From the NCBI GenBank assembly GCA_902578525.1, contig CACHDJ010000002.1:8699-72698 (forward strand): 64,000 nucleotides of DNA, given 5' to 3'. Shown in pieces: positions 23,311-32,825 of this stretch. The notes below the pieces were generated by a model. It saw only the letters and a list, made by a program, of their open reading frames with translations, was not told the origin of the DNA and ran no database searches. The DNA comes from an uncultured Pelagibacteraceae bacterium. Its GTDB lineage: Bacteria; Pseudomonadota; Alphaproteobacteria; Pelagibacterales; Pelagibacteraceae. Within the stretch, counting starts at the first letter, position 1; the number at the start of each line of letters is the position of its first letter. The translations under genes and the position numbers were made by a program.

Positions 23311-24077
23311 TGTACTTAAAAAATTATAATTTAAAAAATAAAACAGCTGTTGTTACCGGTGCTGGAAAAGGACTTGGTAGAGCTTGTGCAATTGCTTTGG
23401 CAGAGGCTGGTGCAAATTTGGTTATAATTAGCCGAACACAAAAAGATTTAAACGAAGTTTCAAAAAAAATTAAAAAATATAAATCTAAATGTAAATCGTA
23501 TGTATGTGACATCACAAATTATAATGAAATTAAAAAGATTGTGAATAATCAACCAAAAATAGATATTTTAATTAATAATGCTGGAAATAATATCCCTGAA
23601 CATTTTACAAAAGTAAAAACAAAAAACATGGAATATCTTGTTAAGATTAACACGGTTGCTACTTTTAATCTTGCTCAACTATGTGCTCTCAAAATGATAA
23701 AAGCAAAAAATAGAAAAAAAATTGGGGGCTCGATAGTAAATATGTCTTCTCAGATGGGCCATGTTGGTGGACCGATAAGAAGTGTATATAACATGACAAA
23801 ATTTGGCTTAGAAGGACTTACAAAAGGTATGTCTATCGATCTTGCAAAATATAATATCAGAGTAAATACAGTGTGCCCTACGTTTGTAGTAACCCCTATG
23901 ACTAGTAAATTTTTAAAAAGTAAAAAATTTAAAAGTGAAGTTTTAGGGAATATACCACTTGGGAGATTTGCTGAACTATCTGATGTAGCCACTGCTGCAG
24001 TTTTTCTTGCATCCGATGCAGCTTCAATGATTACTGGAACTTCTTTATTAGTAGATGGTGGATGGACTGCAAAATAA
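23310..24077 (+). CDS. Short-chain dehydrogenase/reductase
   Basis: TGAGKGLG, NNAG, SSQMGHVG, YNMTK. Confidence 0.92.
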   Translation: MYLKNYNLKNKTAVVTGAGKGLGRACAIALAEAGANLVIISRTQKDLNEVSKKIKKYKSKCKSYVCDITNYNEIKKIVNNQPKIDILINNAGNNIPEHFTKVKTKNMEYLVKINTVATFNLAQLCALKMIKAKNRKKIGGSIVNMSSQMGHVGGPIRSVYNMTKFGLEGLTKGMSIDLAKYNIRVNTVCPTFVVTPMTSKFLKSKKFKSEVLGNIPLGRFAELSDVATAAVFLASDAASMITGTSLLVDGGWTAK

Positions 24078-24865
24078 TAAATAAATTATTTTTAGTAATA
24101 ATTATTTTTACTTCAACCCAGTTAAAAGCTGTAGAATTCAAAGGTAAATTTTTACAAGGTCATTATATTATCGGACTCACTGATCCAACAGCCCAAATTA
24201 TTATTGGTAAAAAAGAAGTAAAGGTTTCAAAAGATGGATATTTTGTTTTTGGAATTGACCGTGATAGAAAGTATGATTTAATAATAACTAAAATTATAGA
24301 TGGTAAAAAAGAAAAAATAATTAAAAAAGTTTTAAAAAGAAAATATAATATCCAACGAATTGATGGTTTAGAAGAAAGCAAAGTAACTCCTCCTGAGTCA
24401 GTATATAAAAGAATTAAAGAAGAAAATAACAGAATTGGAAAAGCACGATCAATTAATTCAGATTTACCTTTTTTTAAAAATCAATTTACCATGCCAGTAG
24501 AAGGAATTATTAGTGGTGTTTACGGAAGTCAAAGAATTTTAAATGGAAAACCACGATGGCCACATTATGGGATAGACATAGCTGCAAAACAAGGAACTAT
24601 GGTAAAATCCTCCGGGTCAGGAGTGATTACAATGGCTGAGGAAGATCTCTATTATACTGGTGGAACAATTATAATGGATCATGGTCATGGTATATCAACA
24701 ATTTATTCACACCTGGAGACAGTTATAGTTTCGGTTGGCGATATGATTAATCAAGGCGATATTATTGGAACTGTCGGATCTACAGGTAGATCAACTGGAC
24801 CTCACTTAGATTTTAGAGTAAATTGGTTCCAAACAAGACTGGACCCTATGTCGGTATTGAATTAG
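24062..24865 (+). CDS. M23 family metallopeptidase
   Basis: HYGIDIA, YSHL, STGPHLDF. Confidence 0.9.
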   Translation: MDCKIINKLFLVIIIFTSTQLKAVEFKGKFLQGHYIIGLTDPTAQIIIGKKEVKVSKDGYFVFGIDRDRKYDLIITKIIDGKKEKIIKKVLKRKYNIQRIDGLEESKVTPPESVYKRIKEENNRIGKARSINSDLPFFKNQFTMPVEGIISGVYGSQRILNGKPRWPHYGIDIAAKQGTMVKSSGSGVITMAEEDLYYTGGTIIMDHGHGISTIYSHLETVIVSVGDMINQGDIIGTVGSTGRSTGPHLDFRVNWFQTRLDPMSVLN

Positions 24866-24868
24866 AAA

Positions 24869-25642
24869 ATGAAATCATTACTAGAAAAAACTTCTGATAA
24901 ACTTGTAAATGCTTTTTTAAAAAATAAAATAATTTCACCTATTCCTTCTAAATTTACAAAAAAACTTAAAGAAGCTCAAAAATTAAGAAAGCTTTGTGAA
25001 AGCAAAATTAAATTACCAATAATTGGTTTTAAAGCAGCCGGAACAGGAATTCCCTTAATTAAAAAATTTAAAGAAAAAGAACCCTTTTATGCATCGGTTT
25101 ATAAAAAAAACTTATTAAAAAGTGGCAAGACCGTAAAAATTACCAAATCGACTTTAGGAATTGAACTTGAAGTTTGTTATAAAATTAAGAGATCTTTCTT
25201 CTTTTCAAAAGGTTCAATTACTAAGAAAAATTTAACAAAATTTATTTCTCATATGGCTCCGTGTATCGAAATAGTCGGCTATAGGCAAAAAAAAAGGGGG
25301 ATAACTTCTTTTGGAGATTTATGTAGTGATTTTGGTGCCAATGTTAAATTTTTAGTAGGAACAAAAAAGAAATACAAAAGGATAAATATTGGTAATTTAA
25401 AAACGAATATTTCAAACAAAAAGATAAATCAAAGCGTAAATGGAAATACAGGTACTGTCTATATAAATCCATTAAATTCATTAAGATTTGTATTAAACAA
25501 AGTTAAAAAAGATAAAATTAATTTAAACAAAGATTTTTGGGTATTTACTGGTTCGTCAGTAGGTGTTGTACCAATTATGAGTAAAGGTCTTTATATTGGT
25601 AGTGTTAATAAACTTGGATCTGTTAAAGTAATAATAAGATAA
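24869..25642 (+). CDS. FAH-superfamily protein, 2-keto-4-pentenoate hydratase-like (divergent)
   Basis: IGFKAAGT, IELEVCY, PCIEIVGYR, SDFGAN, VFTGS. Confidence 0.7.
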   Translation: MKSLLEKTSDKLVNAFLKNKIISPIPSKFTKKLKEAQKLRKLCESKIKLPIIGFKAAGTGIPLIKKFKEKEPFYASVYKKNLLKSGKTVKITKSTLGIELEVCYKIKRSFFFSKGSITKKNLTKFISHMAPCIEIVGYRQKKRGITSFGDLCSDFGANVKFLVGTKKKYKRINIGNLKTNISNKKINQSVNGNTGTVYINPLNSLRFVLNKVKKDKINLNKDFWVFTGSSVGVVPIMSKGLYIGSVNKLGSVKVIIR

Positions 25643-25664
25643 TAGTTTTTATTTTTTAAAAATC

Positions 25665-27449
25665 CTAAGAAGATAAAGATGGCTGCTTTTTCATATCCGT
25701 TTTGTTAATACCAGCTACTTTAACTGGTTTCTTCATAGCATCTCTTCTGAAAGGTTCGCCAAGCTCTTGATTTAAAATTACTTCAATAAAAGTTGTAATC
25801 CCTTTTTTTTGATCTTCACAAGATTTTTTAATAGCTGCTGTAGTTTCTTCCATTGTTCGAACTGTTACACCTTTTAAACCACAAGCATCTGCCACCTTTG
25901 CATAACTTAATTCTGGGTCAAGCTCAGTACCAATAAAATTATTATCATACCATAGAGTAGTATTTCTTTTTTCAGCTCCCCATTGATAATTTCTAAAAAT
26001 AACCATTGAAATTGCAGGCCACTCTTCTCTAGCACACGAACTCATTTCATTCATACTAATACCAAAAGCACCGTCACCTGCAAAACCAATCACTGGAGTA
26101 TCAGGGCAACCAATTTTCGCTCCCAGAATTGAGGGAAAACCATAACCACAAGGACCGAATAATCCTGGTGCTAAATATTTTCTTCCTTTTTCAAATGTTG
26201 GGTAAGCATTTCCAATTGCACAATTGTTTCCGATATCACTTGAAATGATTACATCATCAGGCATTCCTGCTTGAATAGCTCTCCAAGCTTGTCTTGGTGA
26301 CATTCTATCAGCATCTCTTTTTCTTGCCTCTTCATTCCAAACTGTACCTTTGTCATCTTCTTCATGATCTAGGCTTGATAATTTTTGTAACCAAGCAGAT
26401 TTAGTTTGATGAATAATATCTTTTCTTTTTTGTCTATCTGCATCTCCTGCTGTTGGTGCAAGTTGGGCTAATAATTGTTGAGCAACTAGTTTAGCATCTC
26501 CACAAATTCCAACTGTAACTTTTTTAGTTAAACCAATTCTATCAGAATTCATATCGACTTGGATAATGCTCGCATCTTTTGGCCAATAATCCATTCCATA
26601 GCCTGGCAAAGTAGAGAAAGGGTTAAGTCTTGTACCTAAAGCTAATACAACATCAGCTTGTTGAATTAATTCCATTGCTGCTTTTGAACCATTATATCCC
26701 AGTGGACCAGCTGCTAAAGGGTGGCTTCCAGGAAAACTATCATTATGTTGATAACCAGAACAAACTGGTGCATCTAATTTTTCAGCAAGTTTTTTACAAT
26801 CTTCTATCGCTCCACCTATTACAACTCCTGCACCAGATAGTATTACAGGGAATTTAGCTTTAGATAATAAATCGGCTGCCTTATTAATTGCTTCAACCCC
26901 ACCTGCTTGTCTTTCAAGTCTTACGATTGGAGGCAAATCTATATCAATAACTTGAGTCCAATAATCTCTTGGTACGTTTATTTGAGCAGGAGCAGATCCT
27001 CTAATAGCTTTTTCAATAACTCTATTTAAAACTTCAGCCATTCTTGAAGGATCTCTAACTTCCTCTTGGTAACAAACCATATCTTTAAATAAATTCATTT
27101 GCTCAACTTCTTGAAAACCACCTTGGCCCATAGTTTTATTTGCAGCTTGTGGGGTAACTAATAAAAGTGGAGTATGGTTCCAATATGCAGTTTTAATTGG
27201 TGTAACTAATCCAGTAATTCCTGGTCCATTTTGAGCAATGACCATAGACATTTTTCCAGTAGCTCTAGTATAGCCATCAGCAATTAATCCACCATTAGTT
27301 TCATGAGCAACATCCCAAAAAGTAATTCCTGCATCTGGAAAGATATCTGAGATTGGCATAAATGCTGAGCCAATAATTCCAAATGAGTGTTCTATACCAT
27401 GCATTTGTAAAACTTTTACAAAAGCTTCTTCTGTTGTCATTTTTGTCAT
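25665..27449 (-). CDS. xsc: Sulfoacetaldehyde acetyltransferase (TPP-dependent)
   Basis: MTTEEAFVKVLQMHGIEH.FGIIGSAFMP, GDGAFG TPP motif, WGAEKRN, ELGEPFRRDAMKKP. Confidence 0.93.
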   Translation of the reverse strand: MTKMTTEEAFVKVLQMHGIEHSFGIIGSAFMPISDIFPDAGITFWDVAHETNGGLIADGYTRATGKMSMVIAQNGPGITGLVTPIKTAYWNHTPLLLVTPQAANKTMGQGGFQEVEQMNLFKDMVCYQEEVRDPSRMAEVLNRVIEKAIRGSAPAQINVPRDYWTQVIDIDLPPIVRLERQAGGVEAINKAADLLSKAKFPVILSGAGVVIGGAIEDCKKLAEKLDAPVCSGYQHNDSFPGSHPLAAGPLGYNGSKAAMELIQQADVVLALGTRLNPFSTLPGYGMDYWPKDASIIQVDMNSDRIGLTKKVTVGICGDAKLVAQQLLAQLAPTAGDADRQKRKDIIHQTKSAWLQKLSSLDHEEDDKGTVWNEEARKRDADRMSPRQAWRAIQAGMPDDVIISSDIGNNCAIGNAYPTFEKGRKYLAPGLFGPCGYGFPSILGAKIGCPDTPVIGFAGDGAFGISMNEMSSCAREEWPAISMVIFRNYQWGAEKRNTTLWYDNNFIGTELDPELSYAKVADACGLKGVTVRTMEETTAAIKKSCEDQKKGITTFIEVILNQELGEPFRRDAMKKPVKVAGINKTDMKKQPSLSS

Positions 27450-27557
27450 AAAATCAGAACCTCTTTAAAGTAAAATTTATTAAAATTCGTTTGTTAATTT
27501 TTCCGATTAATATATAAGATTTTACGAATTTCAAACAAACAATTCGACACAAGAAAT

Positions 27558-27842
27558 ATGGCAACTGACATTATAATTCATGATAAAAAAGATAATGTTG
27601 GCGTAGTTGTTATTGAAAAAATTACTCCAAAACAAGACTGTAAATGCTGGGTAATGGAGGATGATAGTTCAGCTAATATTCAATCTTTAGATGAAATCCC
27701 TTTAGGACATAAAATTGCGATGACAGACCTCAATGAAGGTGACACTGTTCTTAAATATGGTCATGACATTGGAAAAGTGGTTAAATCTATTAAAAAAGGT
27801 CAACATGTACATGTTCACAATGTAAAAACAAAGAAGTGGTAA
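27558..27842 (+). CDS. suyA: (R)-sulfolactate sulfo-lyase small subunit (SAF/UxaA N-domain)
   Basis: [34 protein letters not shown]; context with xsc. Confidence 0.85.
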   Translation: MATDIIIHDKKDNVGVVVIEKITPKQDCKCWVMEDDSSANIQSLDEIPLGHKIAMTDLNEGDTVLKYGHDIGKVVKSIKKGQHVHVHNVKTKKW

Positions 27843-27846
27843 TAAT

Positions 27847-29013
27847 ATGGAAATCCCAAAAAGTTTTTTAGGTTATAAAAGAGAAAATGGAAGAGCTGGT
27901 ACTAGAAATCATGTAATTATTCTTCCAGTTGACGATATCTCGAACGCGTGTGCTGAAGCAGTCGCAAATAATATTAAAGGAACAATAGCTCTTCCCCACT
28001 CATATGGAAGATTACAATTTGGAGCAGATCTAGAATTACATTTCAGAACAATGATAGGAACAGGATGCAATCCAAATGTAGCTGCTGTTATAGTAATTGG
28101 AATTGAACCCAAATGGACAAAAAGAATTGTTGATGGAATTGCAAAAACAGGAAAGCCAGTAGAAGGTTTTCATATTGAGCGTACTGGAGACATTGGCACT
28201 ACAATGAAGGCTTCTAAAAAAGCACAAGAATTTGTTATGTGGGCTTCTGAAAAACAAAGAGAAGAATGTCCTATAAGTGATCTTTGGATATCGGTTAAAT
28301 GTGGAGAGTCAGATACAACATCTGGTTTAGCATCTAACCCAACAGTTGGAAATCTTATGGATAAACTTGAGCCTTTAGGAGTGCATTTATGTTTTGGTGA
28401 AACATCAGAATTGACAGGTGCTGAAAAAGTTTGTGCAACAAGAGGTGCTACAAAAGAAGCATCAGATAAATTTATGAAAACTTGGAATGACTATAACGAT
28501 TTTATCTTAAAAGAAGCAACAGATGATTTATCAGAAAGTCAACCAACTGCAGGAAATATCGCAGGAGGCTTAACTACTATTGAAGAAAAAGCTTTCGGAA
28601 ACTTTCAAAAAATTGGAAACTGTAAATTTATAGATGTATTAGAACCAGCTGAAGAACCTAAAAAAGGAAAAGGTTTATACTTCATGGACACTTCATCAGC
28701 AGCAGCAGAGTGTGTTACTCTTCAGGCAGCCGCAGGATTCAATATTCATTTATTTCCAACTGGACAAGGTAATATTGTTGGAAATCCCATTGAACCAGTT
28801 ATCAAATTAACAGCAAATCCTCTAACTGTTAAAGGAATGGGTGAACATATAGATTGTGATGTTTCAAAAATTCTATCAAGAGAGATGAACTTATCTGAAG
28901 CAGGAGATGAGCTTATAAAGACAACTCTGAGAGTAGCTAATGGAAGATTAACTTGTGCCGAAGCTTTAGGTCATAAAGAATTTGTTATGACTAAACTTTA
29001 TAGAAGCGCTTAA
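27847..29013 (+). CDS. suyB: (R)-sulfolactate sulfo-lyase large subunit (UxaA family)
   Basis: [48 protein letters not shown]. Confidence 0.87.
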   Translation: MEIPKSFLGYKRENGRAGTRNHVIILPVDDISNACAEAVANNIKGTIALPHSYGRLQFGADLELHFRTMIGTGCNPNVAAVIVIGIEPKWTKRIVDGIAKTGKPVEGFHIERTGDIGTTMKASKKAQEFVMWASEKQREECPISDLWISVKCGESDTTSGLASNPTVGNLMDKLEPLGVHLCFGETSELTGAEKVCATRGATKEASDKFMKTWNDYNDFILKEATDDLSESQPTAGNIAGGLTTIEEKAFGNFQKIGNCKFIDVLEPAEEPKKGKGLYFMDTSSAAAECVTLQAAAGFNIHLFPTGQGNIVGNPIEPVIKLTANPLTVKGMGEHIDCDVSKILSREMNLSEAGDELIKTTLRVANGRLTCAEALGHKEFVMTKLYRSA

Positions 29014-29027
29014 TCATTTTTTATATA

Positions 29028-30101
29028 ATGGTAAAAAAAAATTACTTGGTAGTTATACCAGGAATCATTCTTGCATTTGTTCTTTACACGCTTTCTCAAG
29101 GTTTTAATAATATCATTGGTATTGAACTTCTTGGATATAATAAAAGCCCTATTTCTACTGCTATGATAGCAATTCTTATAGGAATTATATTTGGAAATAT
29201 TTTTAAAGTAAGAAACACTTTTCAAAAAGGTTTAGATTTTACAAGAGAATATATTTTAAAGCTTGGAATTATTTGTCTTGGTATTCAATTAAAACCATTT
29301 GAATTTTTAGAATTTGGAAAGATAGCAATTCCATTAATAGTAATTTGTATAATAAGTGTCTTAATTATTATTAAACTTTTGATAATAAAACTTAAAATAC
29401 CAACACGAATGGCTTACTTAATATCTATAGGGAGCACTGTTTGTGGAACAACAGCTATCATTGCAACTGCACCTGTGATTAAGGCAAGTAAAAATGAAAT
29501 ATCGTATGCTATAGCTAACATTACCCTATTTGGAATTTTATCAATGCTAATATATCCTTATTTTGCTAATTTTTATTTTGAGGGAAATCCTCTTTTTGCA
29601 GGTCTATTTTTAGGAACTTCAATACACGAAACATCTCAAGTTGCTGCTGCAGGACTTATTTATGATCAGCAATTTAATAGTCCGGAAACACTTAATATAG
29701 CTACTGTAACTAAACTTATAAGAAATACATTCTTGATTATAATGATCCCTCTATTTGCCTTTCTATACAACAGAGGTAAGACTAAAGATAAGGAATATTC
29801 AATAATAAATATTTTCCCATATTTTGTTTTAGGATTTGTAGGAATGATTATTTTAAGAAATGTGGGAGATCAGGCATTTATTCCTTATAATAACTATAAT
29901 TGGAATGAAATAATTGATTTGATAAAGATAATATCTAAAATTTGTCTGACAATGGCTATGGCTGCTATTGGTTTGTCAACAAATCTTAAAGATATTAAAA
30001 GTATGGGACATAAACCATTTGTTGTTGGGTTTGTTGCTATGGCAACTGTTGGAATTATTTGTATTTTAACAATTGAAGTGTTTCAAGAAATATTTATTTA
30101 G
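29028..30101 (+). CDS. YeiH / putative sulfate exporter family (SuyZ/TauZ-like)
   Basis: GSTVCGTTAIIAT, GTSIHETSQV, KLIRN; directly after suyB. Confidence 0.85.
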   Translation: MVKKNYLVVIPGIILAFVLYTLSQGFNNIIGIELLGYNKSPISTAMIAILIGIIFGNIFKVRNTFQKGLDFTREYILKLGIICLGIQLKPFEFLEFGKIAIPLIVICIISVLIIIKLLIIKLKIPTRMAYLISIGSTVCGTTAIIATAPVIKASKNEISYAIANITLFGILSMLIYPYFANFYFEGNPLFAGLFLGTSIHETSQVAAAGLIYDQQFNSPETLNIATVTKLIRNTFLIIMIPLFAFLYNRGKTKDKEYSIINIFPYFVLGFVGMIILRNVGDQAFIPYNNYNWNEIIDLIKIISKICLTMAMAAIGLSTNLKDIKSMGHKPFVVGFVAMATVGIICILTIEVFQEIFI

Positions 30102-31188
30102 ATTGTTTTACAGTTTTATTAAAATACTTTTTTCTAAACCTTGAAATAGATCTTCTTATAAAAGCAGCTGAAATACCCAAAAACACTGCAAACAAAATTG
30201 AAAATAATCCATAGAAAAAAGGCATATCTTCTGAAAATTCTTTAATAAATTTTGAAAAAAAGTTCAGATCTTGGTTTAAAGCTTTTACTATCTCTTTCTG
30301 AGCTTGCTCTGCAAAAAATGTGTCATAAGCTATAACTATTCCTACAACTAACAATAAAATTGCTAATAATGCTTTTAAGCCTGAACTATTTATCTGTTCT
30401 CCAATTTTTTGACCCACTTGGACTCCAACAATTGATCCGACGATAAGCATTAGAACTAACATCAAATCTATTGATCCATAATTAATTGAATGTAAAAAAG
30501 TAACAATCACGCTTACAAAAATAGTTACAAACAAAGATGTTCCCGGCACTAATTTTGTGGGCATTTTGATAATATAAATCATTGCAGGAACAAGGATAAA
30601 AGCACCTCCAATTCCCATTATAGCTGCTATAAAACCAACTAATAATCCAATTAATATTGGAGTAAAAACACTTTCATATAATTTGGATTTAGGAAATCTC
30701 ATTCTTAATGGAAGACCGTGTATCCAATAATGAACGTGTAATTTTTTTTTTACTTCAAGGTTTCTTTTTGCTCTATCTATTTCTCCTAAACTTTCTACTA
30801 ACATTAAAGTTCCAATAATTGCTAAGATGTACATATAAGCAAGTGATATAACGGTATCTATTTTGCCAATACCTTTAAAATATGTGAATGTATAAATACC
30901 TAGAACTGTTCCAATAGCACCACCTATAACAATCATAAAGCCCATTTTATAATCTAAAGTATTTTTAAGATAATGAGTTGTAGATCCAGATACAGAAGTT
31001 GCTAAAATATTATTAGCTTCATTCGCAACAGCATATGCGGGGGGAACTCCCATAAAAATTAAAAAAGGTGTCATTAAAAAACCTCCACCAACACCAAACA
31101 ATCCTGAAAGGACTCCAACTATTGCGCTTAATAAAAGTATTTCAACAGGATTAACAAATACTTGGGCTATAGGTAAAAATACTTCCAT
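30094..31188 (-). CDS. TauE/SafE sulfite exporter family protein
   Basis: Duplicated SGLFGVGGGFLMTP / GIGGAFILVP motifs. Confidence 0.88.
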   Translation of the reverse strand: MEVFLPIAQVFVNPVEILLLSAIVGVLSGLFGVGGGFLMTPFLIFMGVPPAYAVANEANNILATSVSGSTTHYLKNTLDYKMGFMIVIGGAIGTVLGIYTFTYFKGIGKIDTVISLAYMYILAIIGTLMLVESLGEIDRAKRNLEVKKKLHVHYWIHGLPLRMRFPKSKLYESVFTPILIGLLVGFIAAIMGIGGAFILVPAMIYIIKMPTKLVPGTSLFVTIFVSVIVTFLHSINYGSIDLMLVLMLIVGSIVGVQVGQKIGEQINSSGLKALLAILLLVVGIVIAYDTFFAEQAQKEIVKALNQDLNFFSKFIKEFSEDMPFFYGLFSILFAVFLGISAAFIRRSISRFRKKYFNKTVKQSK

Positions 31189-31264
31189 AAAAAAATATAT
31201 ATATTAATATTGATTATTACTCATATATATAGATGTCAATAACGATATAGATAAATAATTTTAA

Positions 31265-32239
31265 ATGAAAAAAATTCTCATAACTGGAGCAAATGGTTAT
31301 ATAGGTAAGTGTCTTTATTATTTTCTTAAAAAAAAATTCAAAATAATAGGAATTGATAAAGAAAAATCATCAGAAAAAAAAATTACTCAATGTAATATTC
31401 TTAATAAAAAAAAGTTAAATAACTTTATAAAAAAAGAAAAACCTGAGCTAATCATTCACTTAGCTGCTCAATCATTAGTGGATGAGACTATAAATAAAAA
31501 GAAATATTACGATAATAATGATAAAGCAACAAAAAGTTTATTAGAAATAGCAAAAAAAAATAATATTAAAAAGATTATTTTTTCAAGCACTGCATCTATT
31601 TATCAACAAAGTTCAAAACCATTAAAAGAAAATTCAAAAATTAGAGCTCTAAGTACTTATGCAAAAACAAAACGACTATGTGAAAAAAAAATTCAAAGTG
31701 AAAAAAATTTAAAATTTATTATATTGAGATTTTTTAATGTATGCTCAGCTTTACGAAGTCCAATTATTGGAGAGCTACATAATCCTGAAACACATTTAAT
31801 CCCAACCATTGTTTATAAAGCAATGTATAATAAAAAAATTTATATTTATGGAAGCGATTTTAATACGTTTGATGGAACTTGTATTAGAGATTATATACAC
31901 ATCAAAGATATTTGTTTGGCAATAGAAAAATCAATTAAATATTTATTCAAAAATAATAGATCTAATATCTTTAATATTGGTAACTATAAAGGTTTATCAA
32001 ATAAAGAAATTATTAGTTGTGTGAGAAAAAAAATAAAAAATAATTTAAATTTGAAATATGTAAACAGAAGAAAAGGTGATGTATCAAAACTTATTTGTAA
32101 TTCAAATAAAGCAAAAAAAATACTTAATTGGAAAGCAAATAATTCAAATATTAAGAAAATTATAGATGATGAAATGAAGTGGATTTTTAAATTTAATAAA
32201 ATGGGTATTAAACGAAAATTTAAAAACTATTTATTGTAA
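31265..32239 (+). CDS. NAD-dependent epimerase, GalE-like
   Basis: TGANGYIG, FSSTA, YAKTK, LRFFNV, ETHLIP, DGTCIRDYIH. Confidence 0.85.
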   Translation: MKKILITGANGYIGKCLYYFLKKKFKIIGIDKEKSSEKKITQCNILNKKKLNNFIKKEKPELIIHLAAQSLVDETINKKKYYDNNDKATKSLLEIAKKNNIKKIIFSSTASIYQQSSKPLKENSKIRALSTYAKTKRLCEKKIQSEKNLKFIILRFFNVCSALRSPIIGELHNPETHLIPTIVYKAMYNKKIYIYGSDFNTFDGTCIRDYIHIKDICLAIEKSIKYLFKNNRSNIFNIGNYKGLSNKEIISCVRKKIKNNLNLKYVNRRKGDVSKLICNSNKAKKILNWKANNSNIKKIIDDEMKWIFKFNKMGIKRKFKNYLL

Positions 32240-32258
32240 AAGTGTTCGTGTATTGAAT

Positions 32259-32384
32259 TTAGTCTAATGAAATTAAGGTACCAACAATAATAACTCCCCA
32301 ATAAGCAGACAAAACTACAGCCACTCCTGTCTTAAGTTTATTCTTTTTAATTTCTGAAGGAAGTTTTTTTATAATCTCTGACAT
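32259..32384 (-). CDS. Small single-TM protein, 41 aa (not in ORF track)
   Basis: MSEIIKKLPSEIKKNKLKTGVAVVLSAYWGVIIVGTLISLD. Confidence 0.55.
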   Translation of the reverse strand: MSEIIKKLPSEIKKNKLKTGVAVVLSAYWGVIIVGTLISLD

Positions 32385-32449
32385 TCAATTTATGAATATA
32401 CCCAGTAGAAAAATTGTCAAACTATAATTTGATATAAAGATTTTTTTTA

Positions 32450-32800
32450 TCAGTAAATTGTTGCTCCAAACACCTTGGTCTCTCCATCCTCAACTCCCAA
32501 GACCAATCTACCTAAAAACTCTCCTGGTATTTCATTATTAGTTACTTTGATTAGAACTGTTATATGCTCACCTCTTCTCAAAGTTCCGAAGGGTTCATAA
32601 GTTTCTTTTAAATTAGTGATAAGTTTATTGTTAGCCCATTGTTTGCCAAGCTCAACTTCATTGGCTCCAAATAACATTTGTGTAGAAAAATCCTTTGTAA
32701 AACCACCATAATCTTTAATGTTTGAAGACCTAACTAGATTTTCCCAAAATGGTTTGCCAATTTTAAATATTTCTTCATCGGATTTAGATAGTAGATCCAT
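32450..32800 (-). CDS. Hypothetical protein directly downstream of aprA
   Basis: 116-aa ORF 25 nt after the aprA stop; balanced composition. Confidence 0.75.
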   Translation of the reverse strand: MDLLSKSDEEIFKIGKPFWENLVRSSNIKDYGGFTKDFSTQMLFGANEVELGKQWANNKLITNLKETYEPFGTLRRGEHITVLIKVTNNEIPGEFLGRLVLGVEDGETKVFGATIY

Positions 32801-32825
32801 AAATATTTAATCTTTTAATAATATT

